A stretch of DNA of 64,000 nt, taken from Oculina patagonica (Eukaryota). The stretch covers positions 10,106,001 to 10,170,000 of the forward strand of contig NC_135761.1 of assembly GCF_052425735.1 (NCBI RefSeq), given 5' to 3'. The notes below the pieces were generated by a model, which was not told the DNA's origin, did not search any database, and was given only the letters and a program-made list of their open reading frames with translations. The position numbers and the translations under genes were made by a program. This document shows, one piece after another, positions 61,201-64,000 of this stretch (its first letter is position 1; each line of letters begins with the position of its first letter).

Positions 61201-62575
61201 GCCCGCGGGCTCATTTTTCCGAACTTGTGTTTCACCCCCACCCCCACCCCCAGCGTCCGCCTGATTCACCGCCAGCTTTCCAGGGCTTACTGACCTCCAG
61301 TTCTTATACTTTCTTTCCTTTTTTTTTTTATTTTCTTTTTCAAACTTTCCAATGAGTATCCTCATCACTTTTAGCACTGCAGTGGCCCCGGTCTTGGAGT
61401 ACCCATGGAGGAGGAGGGGGTGGTATGGTAGAAAAAAATTGTATTAGTGTGGATCATTGACTCATTACAAAGAGGGTGGTGCTAAAGCGTTTTTCGTGAT
61501 CCGTGAAATGCCTATTTTTATTTCTTGTGAATTGTGAAATGGCTATTTTTTCTCGCGAAATGATATTTGGTTACATAGCCACAAATCAACAATCCACTTT
61601 TTTTATTGAGAATTCAAAATGGACTGTTGTTGTTTCTCCAGGGAAATTTATGTGTTTGACTAAACCATAATTCTTTCTCCTTTCCAAAAAAATTTCCAAT
61701 AAGGGTTTGTAAACAAGACAACAACAGTTAACTGCATGATCATTGAATTTTATAGTCACAAGCGGCATCCCATAATCTTCAGTCAGTCTTTTATTTTGGC
61801 CAAGCATTCCTGCTGGCAATAGGAGTTTCCCCATTCCCCAAGGGAATAAACTTCAGTTTTGAATATTCCATAACCAATCACGGTGTGGTGGCCTAATGGT
61901 TAGCACACTGGATTGAGCGGTCCAGGTTTGAGCCCTGGCTGGGGTCACTGTGTTGTGCCTTCGGTGAAGCACTTTTTTCTCATAGTGCCCCTCTCCAGAC
62001 TCGTACCGTCGTTACTCGTTTTTTCGTTTTTGGCTACGTTCGAAGAGGATGATGGGAAGGACGTATACTAAGTTCGTCCTTCCCTTGATGCCTTGCGCGC
62101 TGCTGAACAAGCAAGAGAAGCGACTGGGTACAAGTCTTGCCCCTCTCTACGTATACCCAAGTGTATAAAATAAATAGGAACTGCCAAATTTAATGCTGGG
62201 GGTAACCCTGTGATGGACTAGCATCCCATTTAGGGGAAATACCCCTAGTCTCTTCATGCTACTGAAACCGGGACCTCTTGTAGGCGAAGACTTTACCTTC
62301 ACTCATGGTGCAAAGTCTTATTGCAGTTTTTAGTGAAATGCAAACTCTTACATTCAATCATCAACCAACGGTTTGCGCTTTTTGCTGCCGTCAATCATCT
62401 TAGCAGACCTCTCGGGAAACAGAAGATCACTTCAACCGGGTCAAAAGGTCACGTCTGTCAGTTGTGATTGGTAGATTTCAATCCATTTTGTTTGTTTCTG
62501 TTTTTTACGGTTCGTTGGCTGTCGGCATAATTATGATTGATGGCAGAAAAAAAGCAATTGATAGTTGGATTTTGA

Positions 62576-62996
62576 GGCTACGTTTACACGGACACGGTTT
62601 CATTTGTAACCGCATCGAAAGCGATGCGGTTACGCCTTTCGTTTACACGGCACCGATCGAGACCACTACTGTAACCGGGTCGTTTTGAAAACGCTGTCAA
62701 AAGTGGAGCGTTTTCAAAACGATACGGTTTCGTTGTCGTGTAAACGGTCAAAAACGGCGAAACCGCATCGATTTGAAAACGGCCATGTATTTTGGCACGA
62801 ACTGGCTGGCTTGCGAAGGGTAAACATAGTGAAACAAGCTTAGAGAGCAGCGCTTGCTTATACAATCACATTCGAAAACAGTCGGAAAATCGTTAAATAG
62901 GCTCCGTGTAAACACTTCGAAACCGTGTCGTTTTCGATGCGGTTTCGAGGTCATGAAACCGTGTCGATTGATAACCGTGTCCGTGTAAACGTAGCC
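62576..62996. mobile_element. PIF/Harbinger-type MITE
   Basis: TGA|GGCTACGTTTACACGGACACGGTT ... AACCGTGTCCGTGTAAACGTAGCC|TGA (3-bp TSD). Confidence 0.8.
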
Positions 62997-64000
62997 TGAA
63001 TTTCAGAGTTCGCTTTTCGCTGAAAACCGCAATAATTGTACTAATTGCCACCAGAGGACTAATCTGGCAATGGCAAAGTTCAGCTGCTAGCTAGGTGCTT
63101 CATATGCATGGCAAAAATTTTAATATAATATGCTGCTACAAAATTTCAAAATTTCCTACAGTTACAAAACTACATAAGCAAACTATGCAATAACTATTAT
63201 TAATCTACGTCTATTTTATATACAAGCTGATTAAGAGCACATCTTATGAGCTCTGCCTACTGTATAATGCCATTTTCATTGCAAACATACAAATAAAAAA
63301 ATGTACATAAAATCTGTTTATGAGAATTTGAAGTAAATGTCCACTCTACCAAGGTATGATCTTTCCATTGAAGCCCGGCGTATCAAATCGAACGTTCGGT
63401 TTTCGAACTCAATCGAACGCAATCGAACTTAATCGAACGATTAAATTCGATTTTGTTCGGTTATCGAACGAAATCGAACTCACAAAAAATAAATGCAAAT
63501 CGAACCAAATCGAACCTTCTATAAAGTCCGATGACGTTCGATTTAGTTCGGTCGTCGAACGACACCAAAGCGAGCGACTTACGTCGTATGACGATATGAT
63601 CTGAGATTGTTTGTTTGTTGCCATTTAAAAATTTTCATTAAATATTCTTACAATCATTAAAAGAGTCCAAAAAGCCATTGTTATATGAGAAATATAAATA
63701 CTTTGTTGTAATCAATATGCTCTTTAAACTCAACATAATTTCAATAATAGATAAAAAATAAAAAATAAAAATAAAAAAAGATAAAAATCCCTCGAAATGA
63801 AACGACTTTTATGGTTTGGATCGGTTTTATATCAATTTGTTGCTCAAAAGTTGCCAAAGAAGGCAAAAGTTGCCCTAGGTTGCTGGTACTACAAAAAGTT
63901 GCTCAAGACGCTAAAAGTTGCTCAAAAGTTGCTGAGCACAATCTATTTATGCCTAGTCCGAATGCGTAGCACCAATTTGTGGTGCCGAAGGGAAACGCTA

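Overview
This is eukaryotic genomic DNA with GT-AG introns and many repeats. The genes and repeat families suggest a cnidarian, probably a stony coral (inference). Six spliced protein-coding loci can be rebuilt with consistent exon phases: (1) the 3' part of a polycystin-1-like gene (+, GPS-PLAT-TOP-channel); (2) a two-exon pyruvate dehydrogenase phosphatase (-); (3,4) a tandem pair of CaMK-family kinases (-) with matching intron positions; (5,6) a tandem pair of APRT genes (-). In the kinase pair, one copy is catalytically intact (HRD/KPEN/DFG) and the other is an intact-ORF predicted pseudokinase (HRN/RPEK/GFG). In the APRT pair, one copy is canonical and the other has altered catalytic and PRPP loops plus a GC splice donor. 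Introns and intergenic DNA hold tRNA-derived SINEs, many palindromic MITEs, RTE and CR1/L2 LINE remnants and Penelope-like remnants. Minimal hammerhead ribozyme motifs occur at three sites, one being an inverted pair with a U3-A8 core variant. A noisy 2.6-kb duplicate (about 49.8-52.5 kb) and several low-complexity tracts look like sequencing or assembly artefacts. I see no CRISPR array, rRNA or convincing bona fide tRNA gene. The best candidate for an undescribed system is the kinase/pseudokinase tandem pair; novelty cannot be confirmed without database searches.
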